From: Bdellovibrionales bacterium RIFOXYD12_FULL_39_22
Lineage (GTDB): Bacteria > Bdellovibrionota > Bacteriovoracia > Bacteriovoracales > Bacteriovoracaceae
Assembly: GCA_001770205.1 (NCBI GenBank)
Contig: MEQL01000039.1
Location: 260,787 to 324,786, forward strand
DNA: 64,000 bases
Reading direction: 5' to 3'
Position numbers and translations under genes: made by a program. Shown here piece by piece: positions 1 through 8,931 of this stretch; the first letter of the stretch is position 1, and each line of letters begins with the position of its first letter. The notes under the pieces are model-generated. The model saw only the letters and a list, made by a program, of their open reading frames with translations, was not told the DNA's origin and ran no database searches.

Positions 1-381
1 TGATAGAAGTATTAAGCAGGTTGCAATCAACAGTTTATAAAAAAGTAATCTTAAAAGCATAGATACCTCATCAAATCGCCTCTTAAATCCCAATTAGTGA
101 TAGGCCAATTCTAACATGTTTTTTAAGATGTTTTAGGGGATATAGAATGCAAAATATTAGGCGCTGTAAAAACAGATGGATGTACAGAAAAATGGGCCAA
201 TTTGCGCTAATCAATTAGTATCTAGTTCGATTTATAGTGCCTAGAAAAATGGGCACACTGTTGGGTCCTGATATGTACTGTTCGGTTCCTGATTATGGCA
301 ATGACATCCGTGACACCAAGCAAATAGATCATGAGTGAATATTTTTTATACATAAAAAAGCTCCTTGCCCATTTAACTTTT

Positions 382-903
382 TTATTCCCAGGCAGGCCGA
401 GGAAGTCCTCCGGGGTATCTACTACTAACTTGCTGTTTATGGCATGTGCCACAGTAGATCAAACTATCGACTTCATCAGGGTCAAAATATCTATGTAGCT
501 TGGGATATATTGAGCCGTGAGGATTATGACAAGAGGCGCAGCTAAATTTTTTTTCCGGATAAAGTGGATCAGTGGGCCCTTGTGTGGCATGCATATTAAT
601 CGGATGTCCTCTTCCATCCCCATAACGAACATCGTCATGACAACTGAGACAGAGCTCGTTGATGTTATCGTATAACAAGCGAGCAGATTTTGAACCACTC
701 ATCAAATCCTTCGGGGATGTCGAAGAAGAAGTGGTGTGTGTTTTGTGACAGAGAACACACTCGTAGGCCATTCCCCCATGAGCAGATCCTTTAACTTTCG
801 TATCATGACAAAAAAGACAATTATTCCAATCAACGCCGACGGCCACCTCGGCCCAGTTTCCCAGAAAAAATACCAAAGCTACGTAGCGAGATAAATATTT
901 CAT
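382..903 (-). CDS. Secreted pentaheme c-type cytochrome (cytochrome c3 / doubled-CXXCH type)
   Basis: N-terminal signal-like peptide; five CxxCH motifs (CLFCH, CVLCH, CLSCH, CASCH, CGTCH); 'CASCHNPHGS' and 'NELCLSCH' are typical of this family. Confidence 0.85.
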   Translation of the reverse strand: MKYLSRYVALVFFLGNWAEVAVGVDWNNCLFCHDTKVKGSAHGGMAYECVLCHKTHTTSSSTSPKDLMSGSKSARLLYDNINELCLSCHDDVRYGDGRGHPINMHATQGPTDPLYPEKKFSCASCHNPHGSIYPKLHRYFDPDEVDSLIYCGTCHKQQVSSRYPGGLPRPAWE

Positions 904-1126
904 TGAAGGCCTCTCTTTTCATTGTGCAGTATGCGCAATACTATTTTAAAATGCAAAACGATAGCACATTTTCAGCTCTCTATGTTGGCCATTACCAACA
1001 ATTACATACCCCTTTTGTAAAAATGTTGGCCGGACAACTTATTAAAATCAGATCAACATCAAATTGGGTTAGATTCTTTTTGGAAGCTTCGGCCGCTTCA
1101 AGCGAGGTCGCTTTGAAAGGTTTGCT

Positions 1127-2272
1127 TTAAATGTTTTCCCCTTTCAATATTCTCATGGTGTTTTTCAAAAACTTCTCGATGGGGATAAGGTGAATATCTT
1201 CAACATAACGTTCATCGCCGCCCCATACAAAAAAAGTTTTTGCCATTGCGTAATCTGCCTTAAAAGTTCTCAGTCCATCCAACTCTCCACCACGAAGTCG
1301 ATCAGCACGTTTAACTTCAATAGCAATCAGTCCTTGAGGGCCGTAGAGTACGATATCGACATCTACACTCTTTTGCACTTTCCAGCAGAAAAATTCATAT
1401 TGTAAATTATTATACTCATTTTCGGCCATCAACTCTTGAAGTACCAGGCCCTCCCAAGCGGGGCCATCAATTTCGGCCTCCACATCCAGAGGCCCTCGCG
1501 GCCGAAGTGTTCGATAAACCCCTGTGTCAAAAAAATAAAATTTCGGATGCGCAGCAACGGACCGTTTGGCCTTCTTGGTAAAGACGGGCAGTTGATGTCC
1601 AATAAGTAAATCCTCTAAAATTTGAAAATATTGCCCTACTGTTTTTCTCTCAACGTTACAATCGCTAGCAACTTTTGAAATATTTAGGTAATGGCCATGT
1701 GAAAAACTTGCGACTTCTAAAAAGCGGGCAAAAGCTTCCATGTTTCGCGTTAATCCCTCCTGAAAAACCTCTTCCTTCAAATATGTTTTTATATACGCAT
1801 GTAAAAATGCATCCGCATCGGGATCTAGATATGCTTTGGGTATATGTCCAACTTTGACTGACTTTTCGAAATTAAAATCCACTCCTAATTCTCGCACGGT
1901 AAGAGGAAACATTTTTTTAGTCAACGCTCTTCCGGCCAGAAGGTTTACGCCCTGTTTTCGTAATTTCCTTGCTGATGAGCCAGTTAAAATAAAGCGTGTT
2001 TTTTTTTCTTCGATTAAACGATGAACCTCATTTAATATGGCCGGAACTTTCTGAATTTCATCAACAATAACCCAACCTTTATGGCCAGATGGAATACGTT
2101 CACGTAATCGAGAGGGGGCCGCTTGTAATTCATTAAATGTTTTATCTGACAGAAGATCTATATAGATCGAATCTTCAAATTCGGCCTTTACCCACATAGA
2201 TTTTCCCACCCCCCGGGCACCAAATAGAAAAAAAGATGAATGATTATGGTATGTTATTAATCTGATATACAT
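1127..2272 (-). CDS. AAA+ ATPase with DUF4143 (AAA_14 plus C-terminal PD-(D/E)XK-like region)
   Basis: Walker A GARGVGKS, Walker B IVDEIQK, 'LTGSSARKL', 'LAGRA', '[10 protein letters not shown]', C-terminal 'DVDIV...AIEVK'. Confidence 0.9.
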   Translation of the reverse strand: MYIRLITYHNHSSFFLFGARGVGKSMWVKAEFEDSIYIDLLSDKTFNELQAAPSRLRERIPSGHKGWVIVDEIQKVPAILNEVHRLIEEKKTRFILTGSSARKLRKQGVNLLAGRALTKKMFPLTVRELGVDFNFEKSVKVGHIPKAYLDPDADAFLHAYIKTYLKEEVFQEGLTRNMEAFARFLEVASFSHGHYLNISKVASDCNVERKTVGQYFQILEDLLIGHQLPVFTKKAKRSVAAHPKFYFFDTGVYRTLRPRGPLDVEAEIDGPAWEGLVLQELMAENEYNNLQYEFFCWKVQKSVDVDIVLYGPQGLIAIEVKRADRLRGGELDGLRTFKADYAMAKTFFVWGGDERYVEDIHLIPIEKFLKNTMRILKGENI

Positions 2273-2307
2273 TATTCCACTTTGGTGGAAAAAATGGAAT
2301 AAGTCAA
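2273..2307 (-). promoter_or_regulatory. Probable leaderless sigma70 promoter with nested inverted repeats
   Basis: Minus strand reads TTGACT-17nt-CAAAGT-6nt-ATG with no SD. Inverted repeats TATTCCA/TGGAATA (2273-2279/2295-2301) and TTCCAC/GTGGAA (2275-2290). Confidence 0.55.
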
Positions 2308-2576
2308 CCCAAATTAAAAAAACGAATGAGACAAGAGGTGAGTAGTGCCGCCGAATTCAATTTTTATCTCAGTTGTTATATAGCATTAAGTTCCAAAATC
2401 TACTTTTTTTTAAGCTAATTTTTTATATTCAACATTCTATTTTCTATTTCGCCTGGCCGCACTCACCTACATAGACAATTTATTAGTGTACTTTGAATAT
2501 TAATTGAACAAAAGCAAAGGATGTTTTATGGTAAAATTGCTCCTTATACTGTTTCAAGCTACCGGTTTATTATTTT

Positions 2577-3649
2577 GGCTCTGTTTAAGAAGATTGTGGC
2601 TTTATTTTACGCCGTTGCGTGACAGTTCTATCTGCAAAATTCTCCTCTCGATCAGTCAATGATTTTGTCTCCTCCATTAGTCCAAACCATTGCGCATAAT
2701 TGTTCAAATGCTTTGTTGATACACCCTTGAAGCGAATCATCCACCCCTTCATTCTAGCATGGGCACTATTGACGTGCTGAACATGGAAAATCTTTTTTAC
2801 AACACGTTTGCCTTTGCTGACATTTACTGGCCGATATTTAATCCTGTTAGTTTTTGCAAAAGCGCGAAAACTAGGATGACTATCAGTGCAAAGAATCGCT
2901 TCATCGTCAATCCGATTACCAAGCACACCCTCGATATCTTTAAGTGAGACTCTTCCTTGTCCGGCCACTCCTAATATTAATTCCCCGTGGCGATCACATC
3001 CAAAAAGTACGGGGACTTGTTCATTAGAGATGCCTGTTTTTTCTGCTTTACCTCCGCGCTTTCTAGGCTTTCGAAATTTAGAAACTGCTTTATTCCCCTT
3101 TTCTGAATAGAGAAAAAAAGTTTCATCGGCCTCAGCAATTCCACTTAGTTTTCGTGCCTCTGCCACAGAATAGCCCTGTATTATTTTATGTCGCCAATTG
3201 AACGCAGTTGGTAGCGATATACCAAACTCTTCAGCACTTTTTCTCAGGGCAACTCCCCCCTGTGCCATTTCCGTTGCGAATTGTCGGATCTTTTCAGTTG
3301 AGTGAACTCCCGCCAATGGAGTATTTGAGAGATCATTGAAGGTCTTGGAGCACGATAGACATTTATACCGCTGCCTGTTTCGGTACTTGCCGTGCTTTTT
3401 CAATGCGGAGCTTTCGCATTGAGGACAACGAATTTTCTTTTTGGCCGGCCTGAGAACTGGTTTTTGTGGAGAGCGTGGCACAATTGCGAGTGTCTTTGCT
3501 TGTTCGAGTTTTTGATTGAGAATAGCGCGCTCTTCATCCGAAAATCCTGCAATCAGTCCAAGAATATGTTCAATTTTATCCATACATTCCCCTATATTTC
3601 CATGGTATCAGGGTGTATTAAATTAGCCACAATCTTCTTAAACATAGCC
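2577..3649 (-). mobile_element. Complete IS1595-family insertion sequence (ISPna2-like group), 1073 bp
   Basis: TIRs GGCTCTGTTTAAGAAGATTGTGGCT (2577-2601) and its reverse complement at 3625-3649 match at 24/25. 8-bp target duplication ATTATTTT at 2569-2576 and 3650-3657. Ends are GGCnnTG. Confidence 0.95.
2585..3583 (-). CDS. IS1595-family transposase
   Basis: Zn ribbon (CPQC...CLSC), HTH, 'EADETFF', 'KRGG', 'LCTDSH', 'HVQHVNSAHARMK' (D-D-N type catalytic set). The stop codon lies inside the TIR. Confidence 0.93.
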   Translation of the reverse strand: MDKIEHILGLIAGFSDEERAILNQKLEQAKTLAIVPRSPQKPVLRPAKKKIRCPQCESSALKKHGKYRNRQRYKCLSCSKTFNDLSNTPLAGVHSTEKIRQFATEMAQGGVALRKSAEEFGISLPTAFNWRHKIIQGYSVAEARKLSGIAEADETFFLYSEKGNKAVSKFRKPRKRGGKAEKTGISNEQVPVLFGCDRHGELILGVAGQGRVSLKDIEGVLGNRIDDEAILCTDSHPSFRAFAKTNRIKYRPVNVSKGKRVVKKIFHVQHVNSAHARMKGWMIRFKGVSTKHLNNYAQWFGLMEETKSLTDREENFADRTVTQRRKIKPQSS

Positions 3650-4418
3650 ATTATTTTTAATTGCCTGCAAGCAAGAAACACCGGACGAAGTCAACAAGAG
3701 AGAAAGCCGTTCTGATTCGCGATATACGAATGGAGAATGTGGATCAGTCGTTATTGATGAATTTAACGATATCGTTTTAAGCTGCGAAAGTCAGACACTA
3801 AAGACTAAGCGCGATGTTACCGAATGCAAGGAGAAAATTATAATATTCAAACTCAAGTATTCTGGCATAAATTGCACGGCCCAAGTTGATGGCAGCAAAG
3901 AAGTTAATGAGATTTTAATTTCAGAATCACTATTTTCCAAATACAAAGATGGCGAATCATGCGGACTGGAAGCAGGAGTAGATTTAGAGGGCTTGTCTAT
4001 AATTTGTAGTGGAGTAAGTAACTCTCGCAATTCCAAGAGTTGTCGTGATGCTGCCGCAGAGATAAAGTCAAAGTACAAAGGGATACATTGTACAATTGAG
4101 GAGAAAAATAATGGCACACTCATGATTAGTAATGACTATTTATTGCGATATAAAGAAGGGGAATGTGGTCTACTGGTAATGGTAGATTTTAATATCTTGA
4201 CTGGCACATGTAGCGAACGAGACAATCAAGAAGATCTTGATTTATGTGAAAATAACATTGATACATTTAAAACTAATTACCCCAAGATTGATTGCGTAGT
4301 CAAAGACGGTTCCGAGGAAGTTACTCTTGATGAAGAAATTGTTAACGGATTATTACGCTAGATTGTAAGTTCTAATCTAATGTGATCGGCTTGTGCTCGG
4401 TAACGTTGGCGGATAACA

Positions 4419-4456
4419 GATCTTGCGCGGAAAGGTGAGCTTTTCCGAGCAAGATC
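4419..4456. repeat. Intergenic hairpin (possible terminator or small repeat element)
   Basis: GATCTTGC-GCGGAAAG...CTTTTCCG-AGCAAGATC imperfect inverted repeat. Confidence 0.6.
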
Positions 4457-4586
4457 ATGAAGCTTGAGAAATAATAATGGGCATGGCCAGAATTTTATAT
4501 ATTCTTTTTAAAATTAGGCATACCGACTGCAGCACCAGAACGATAATTGAACGTTAAGAAGAAATAGATAAGGATCTGGATAAAAC

Positions 4587-5318
4587 ATGAATGCTATTTT
4601 ACAAAATCACATCCATTTTGTTAAAAACTATGTAAACAATATTATTCCATGCTTCCAAACCATTTGGCCCGGATTTGCCAATCTTCCATTTGCCTTATTC
4701 TCAATCAAAGACAACTTTGTTTTATTGGGATCGTGCAATAAAGCGTTGAGTGGTTTTTCAAGAGTCTCTGATTTTCAAGTATGTGTCTGGGACGATAGAT
4801 TTTCGGCAAATACAACCATTGTAATTGATGGAGAAACAGTTGCCATTATTGATCTGGAATGTTGTGGTAACTTAAACCCTAAAGATTGCATACCCACTAT
4901 TTACACACGAAATATTTCATTCATATCAAAAATTGTATTGGAACAAAGAATCTGCTAATGAAATGGATTTAGTATTTTATCCATCTAATGAGAATAATAT
5001 AGCGTTAAGAGAGGAAGAGCGCCAATCTTTGTACTTAGCGCTGACGTCCAGTGATACTGATATTCTCAAGAAACATTTACAGAAATTCGTTGCGATGAGA
5101 GAGAGAGGAAAAAATTAATTGATAGCTTTATTAAATATGAACTATCTTTGGAAACAATTGAGGGTTCTGCAACATATATTGAATATCGATTAGCAAGTTT
5201 TTTGGGCAGCAATGACTTAGCCAATTACCTACTTTATAAAAACTTGGTGAGCGAGGAGCCTGATTACAATTCACTGCGACTAATGCCACGGCAAGATAAT
5301 AATAAGTGGTATTTATAG
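4587..5318 (+). pseudogene. Frameshifted, probably truncated gluzincin-like (HExxH) metallopeptidase
   Basis: ORF 4587.. shifts near 4900 into a frame reading THEIFHSYQ...ANEMDLVFYP...NIALREEER. It shifts again near 5110 into KLIDSFIKYELSLETIEGSATYIEYRL (EGxAxY third-ligand motif). Stop at 5316-5318. Confidence 0.75.
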
Positions 5319-5343
5319 GCGCAGGTAGGAACCGATTATATGG

Positions 5344-6213
5344 TTACTTCTTTTTTTTGTTCTTACTTTTTGATTTTGGTGCACTTTTTAGTTGATCCCT
5401 GGTAGGTGGAAGAAAATTTTCTCCTGATACAACTTTTTTCCCGGTCTTGTGTTCAAGCTCAAGCCTAGCCTTTTTTGCAATTGCCCCACCACTCTTACCG
5501 GCCTCCTTATTTTCTTCCATTCCGGTGGCATCCACACTTGCCGCTATTTGCCTAGTGGATAGCTCTGCTAATGCTGTAAAGATGAGTTCTGCCTCATTCA
5601 TGTGATCTCGAAGATTCTGCGTTTTAATTCCTTTCATAGATTTGTGCTCTTTCACTGATATGCCAGACCACTCTTTATGGATGATGTTAGTTAAAATTGC
5701 AAATTCATCATTTTTTTCTACACCGTGCTCTTTCCAATAATCTGTTAGCTTGTTTCTTGTTTCCTGCCCCATCATTCGTTGCTGAATCCATTTTTCACTG
5801 CGTCCTTTTTCTCTCCAATATTCTCTAGCACGGTCAATCGACAGAGAGGGATCAGCCATATCCTTAATTCTCTCATGGCCAACTTTGGCCAGCCAGAGCT
5901 TTATTGGTTCTGCCTTTGGACTTGGTACTGATTGGATTAGACGAAGAAGGGTTTCTGCTGAGGCGACGTCTGTAAGGTATTTTTTACCATCAGCAGCCTC
6001 TATCTTCAGTCGGTTACAATTTGTAACCGACTCGCTACCCTCTTTATTTAGTCTGTTTTTTAGAACCTTCCAATAGTTTCTTGCCGCTTGAAAATTTGGT
6101 TGTTCAACTAGAATTTGAATAATGTCTATGACTGAAAAGTACCAGGTCTCCGTCTTCTCATCGAAGATTCTACGAATTTTATAATTTTCAAAAATTGCCA
6201 AGTTTTTTTCCAT
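5344..6213 (-). CDS. Bro-N domain (phage antirepressor-like) DNA-binding protein
   Basis: 'IRRIFDEKTETWYFSVIDII', 'ARNYWKVLKNRL', 'LRLIQSVPSPKAEPIKLWLA', 'QNLRDHMNEAELIF'. Confidence 0.88.
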   Translation of the reverse strand: MEKNLAIFENYKIRRIFDEKTETWYFSVIDIIQILVEQPNFQAARNYWKVLKNRLNKEGSESVTNCNRLKIEAADGKKYLTDVASAETLLRLIQSVPSPKAEPIKLWLAKVGHERIKDMADPSLSIDRAREYWREKGRSEKWIQQRMMGQETRNKLTDYWKEHGVEKNDEFAILTNIIHKEWSGISVKEHKSMKGIKTQNLRDHMNEAELIFTALAELSTRQIAASVDATGMEENKEAGKSGGAIAKKARLELEHKTGKKVVSGENFLPPTRDQLKSAPKSKSKNKKKK

Positions 6214-6408
6214 GATGTCCTCGCTCGTTAAATGAAGGGATTGTTTCCATATAGTGAGGCCATCTCATACGATAGTCAATTTGGGGTCCAACAACTTTAA
6301 CATTTATTTCAACTTTAAAATTGTGTTCGACCTTCCCGTAACCAGGCCACACGTTGAATATGATGAGGTTGCGTTTAGATTAGCAGTGTAAGGTCAAGAA
6401 TCACTAGT

Positions 6409-6714
6409 TCAGGCGGCCATTTTAAAACTTAGTTTGGCGCCAGTAGCAGTAATTACCTTGATAAACAGGTCACAACTGATACCTGCTAAGGCTCCATTTT
6501 TTATGGCCGAAACTTTAGAACGTGCCACCCCGGATTTAACAACAATTTCCTTCACCGTTAAATTTGAATTCGAAATTGCACGAACTGCCATTGAAGATAA
6601 TTTGACCTTATATTTAATAAAAGCACGATCTACTTCAGAGGCAATACCAAGTGCTACGGCGATCTCTTCTGAATTGTGTGCTGTAATCGAACTATATTTT
6701 GTATTTTTTCTCAT
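6409..6714 (-). CDS. XRE-family HTH antitoxin (HigA-like)
   Basis: HTH 'LTVKEIVVKSGVARSKVSAIKNG...ISCDLFIKV'. Overlaps the toxin 3' end. GGAG lies 7 nt before ATG 6714. Confidence 0.82.
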   Translation of the reverse strand: MRKNTKYSSITAHNSEEIAVALGIASEVDRAFIKYKVKLSSMAVRAISNSNLTVKEIVVKSGVARSKVSAIKNGALAGISCDLFIKVITATGAKLSFKMAA

Positions 6715-7045
6715 CTTCAAGCTCCTTCAATTGATTAATCAATCTTTTTTTTCCAGTCTCAATTTCTTTAAGAGGAGTTTTTTGACTTTTTTTCTTAAAG
6801 CTATGAAACAACAATAGTCCATATTCTGTCTTAAACAAACAAAATGCCCGATATACACCATCTGTACCTTTCAAGCGTACTTCAAAACATCCCGCGGTTA
6901 CTGCTCTCATTGAATCAATATCAGGGGACCCAACACTTTCGCCTTTTTGAAGCTTTGTTAGGATTGATCCAAGATCCTTTTTTATTTCAATTAGCCACGA
7001 AATTATCTCTTTTCTTGCTGGGCCATTAATAATTACTTTAAGCAT
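6692..7045 (-). CDS. RelE/ParE-superfamily toxin (HigB/Gp49-like)
   Basis: 'GCFEVRLKGTDGVYRAFC...LLFHSFKKKSQKTPLKEIETGKKRL'; toxin-before-antitoxin order. Confidence 0.88.
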   Translation of the reverse strand: MLKVIINGPARKEIISWLIEIKKDLGSILTKLQKGESVGSPDIDSMRAVTAGCFEVRLKGTDGVYRAFCLFKTEYGLLLFHSFKKKSQKTPLKEIETGKKRLINQLKELEDEKKYKI

Positions 7046-7069
7046 TGTAAAAGTCCCTCCCCCACGCTA

Positions 7070-7087
7070 TGTCTCATAAAAGGGACA
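7070..7087. promoter_or_regulatory. Putative TA operator palindrome next to a TTGACC -35 box
   Basis: TGTCTC-ATAAAA-GGGACA imperfect palindrome just upstream of the toxin. Minus-strand TTGACC at 7094-7089. Confidence 0.5.
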
Positions 7088-7439
7088 CGGTCAATACATT
7101 TTTACTGTTCGACCTCCCCGGGTACGAACCAGAATTTAATCCTACTCAGATTTTGCGGAAGGCTCAGTAGATTAAAAATGATGAAAAAGGATGAGAGGAA
7201 ATGAAAAAGAAAAATGGTACCCAACTAAAATTATTCCGAATATGTTAATATTGTTATTGTAATTTTTTACTTACTCTGACCCTGTCAGGTCCACCAAATT
7301 TTTATGGAGGATTAAGCAACATTTTATCTTCATATGCAAAGAGATTGCCAAACTAAATGAAATGGATAACGCCTGACCGCTGGATCAGGATTAGAAGTCA
7401 TGCTCAAAAACGGCCAGGTTTGTGAACAGGAGAATCAGT

Positions 7440-7826
7440 ATGAAAATAATTTTACTTAGTTTTGCCTTACTGGCTTCAATAAGTGCTTTTGCAGAATCAT
7501 TTCAGTGTGATGTCTCTCAAGCGAAAAATGATCATAATAACAATAATAACATTAGATATGAGCAACCTGATTCGTTCAAAATTATAATCGGTAACGATGG
7601 CGATAGGTACGTTACAGAATCAAATAGACTGATAAAAGGTGCCGATGGAATTGGTTTGCGACTACTTTTGCGCAACGATGACCAATTAGAAATTTCAATA
7701 GTAATTCCAGGAGAAAATGTTTATCGATCTTTCCCTTACAAAATAATAGCTTCTGCCGATGCTTCATTGCAAGATGGATTCTCTCTAGAAACACCGAAAA
7801 CTAGATTAAGAGTAAATTGTAATTGA
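7440..7826 (+). CDS. Small secreted hypothetical protein
   Basis: AGGAG SD; signal peptide MKIILLSFALLASISAFA; one Cys near each end of the mature protein; short poly-Asn tract. Confidence 0.75.
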   Translation: MKIILLSFALLASISAFAESFQCDVSQAKNDHNNNNNIRYEQPDSFKIIIGNDGDRYVTESNRLIKGADGIGLRLLLRNDDQLEISIVIPGENVYRSFPYKIIASADASLQDGFSLETPKTRLRVNCN

Positions 7827-7997
7827 CTAGGAAATGTGATCACAAAATATTAACGTTGTGAGCGGAACTACAAATAGGCCCGATGTATTTATCAAAAAAG
7901 ATGGAGGGATAAGTAAGAATAGTTGGTACAGACCGTACCTGCATTAAGATTTTTAACATACCAATCCCACCGAACTCATTGACGTAGTGTTTGTAAT

Positions 7998-8807
7998 ATG
8001 AAAACAATAGCGGCCATGGATTTAAATAGTTATAGGCAAAAAAAAATAAAAGAGCGGGCCCGTTTGGATGAGGAATGGTCCAAATATCGCGACCTCTGCC
8101 TTTCTTGTTTTCGCCCTCGGCAGATTTGTTTTTGCTCCTCTATCCGGCCATTTAATACTTATTTTACTTTCCGTATTTTAATGCATCCCAAAGAGGCCAA
8201 GCGAGAGCACGTTGGAACAGGTAGATTGGCGAATGCGGCCTTAGATAATTGTGAAATAATTATCGGCAGCGACTTTGATCAACATCAAACAGTTCAAGAG
8301 TTAATAAATTCTCCGATCTATTTTCCGATGTTGTTATATCCAGGAAAAAACTCTATCAATCTTTCTTCATCTCCTCTTTCTCTAGAGTTTTTTAATAAAA
8401 GAATGCCACTCCTTTTTATTATTGATGGAACTTGGGCGGCCGCCAAAGCAATGATGCGTGAAAGTAAAACGCTACACCATTTACCACGACTAAGCTTCGA
8501 CCCAACAATTGAATCAAAATTTGCCATTAAACAACAACCGCAAAAATTTTGTCTTTCAACAATTGAATCTATCTATTATGTTTTACGCTGTTTAGAGTCG
8601 CATGGACTAGAAAATATAGGTACTCAAAAAGAAGTTTTATTGGAAAGCTTGGCAAAACTTGTCAATTTTCAAATAAAATGCGCTAGCGATCCTACACTTA
8701 CTAGTTATCGACGTAGTGGCCCGACAGAGATCAAGCAATACAAAGATCCTTCTAGTCGGATACCCAGTAAACGCTGGATGCATCGCAAAGTCTGTTTTGA
8801 TGGATAG
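7998..8807 (+). CDS. DTW-domain protein (tRNA-uridine aminocarboxypropyltransferase-like)
   Basis: N-terminal CxxC...CxC, 'LMHPKE', 'TGRL', 'LLYPG', 'IIDGTW', 'CLSTIES'. Confidence 0.9.
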   Translation: MKTIAAMDLNSYRQKKIKERARLDEEWSKYRDLCLSCFRPRQICFCSSIRPFNTYFTFRILMHPKEAKREHVGTGRLANAALDNCEIIIGSDFDQHQTVQELINSPIYFPMLLYPGKNSINLSSSPLSLEFFNKRMPLLFIIDGTWAAAKAMMRESKTLHHLPRLSFDPTIESKFAIKQQPQKFCLSTIESIYYVLRCLESHGLENIGTQKEVLLESLAKLVNFQIKCASDPTLTSYRRSGPTEIKQYKDPSSRIPSKRWMHRKVCFDG

Positions 8808-8857
8808 CTTGATTATTTGATTATTTTATTTTTAATAAACAGTTTTTAATAAATTAT

Positions 8858-8884
8858 TAATCTAGCCCTGTGATTTTCCGAATA
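8858..8884 (+). promoter_or_regulatory. Possible sigma28 (FliA) promoter of the MCP
   Basis: TAAT-N15-TCCGAATA versus consensus TAAA-N15-GCCGATAA, upstream of a chemoreceptor. Confidence 0.35.
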
Positions 8885-8931
8885 GAAGTTACCAAATCTT
8901 TAATAACATCTATTAATTTTGAGGAAGGAAC

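Larger units (their letters stand above)
2528..4361 (+). pseudogene. Cys-repeat lipoprotein gene interrupted by the IS1595-family element
   Basis: Removing the IS and one TSD joins 2528-2576 to 3658-4361 into a 250-aa ORF, MVKLLLILFQATGLLFLIAC-KQETP..., with lipobox LIAC. It runs in frame into ORF 3993..4361. AAGGA lies upstream. Confidence 0.9.
6324..7120 (+). repeat. 15-bp direct repeats flanking the TA module
   Basis: TGTTCGACCTTCCCG (6324-6338) and TGTTCGACCTCCCCG (7106-7120), 14/15 identical. Each is followed closely by AACCAG. Confidence 0.7.

Noticed and set aside
950..970. Sigma54 promoter for the cytochrome gene
   Set aside because: TTGCA is present but the -24 GG at the correct spacing is missing.
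2336..2468. AGGTGAGT/ACTCACCT inverted repeat as MITE ends
   Set aside because: Only 8 bp, with no target duplication and no second copy seen.
4401..4559. Canonical integron attC site (TAACGTT...AACGTTA)
   Set aside because: Only the outer 7 bp pair; there are no L boxes or extrahelical-base pattern, it is longer than typical attC, and no intI is present. Kept only as part of the looser motif finding.
5344..7045. Prophage, suggested by Bro-N and the Gp49-like toxin
   Set aside because: No integrase, structural, replication or lysis genes.
6324..7120. GTTCGA in the direct repeats as tRNA T-loop or att fragments
   Set aside because: No T-stem pairing, acceptor stem or CCA around either copy.
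7855..7874. lacO-like TTGTGAGCGGA suggesting vector contamination
   Set aside because: The match stops after 11 nt and there is no other vector sequence.
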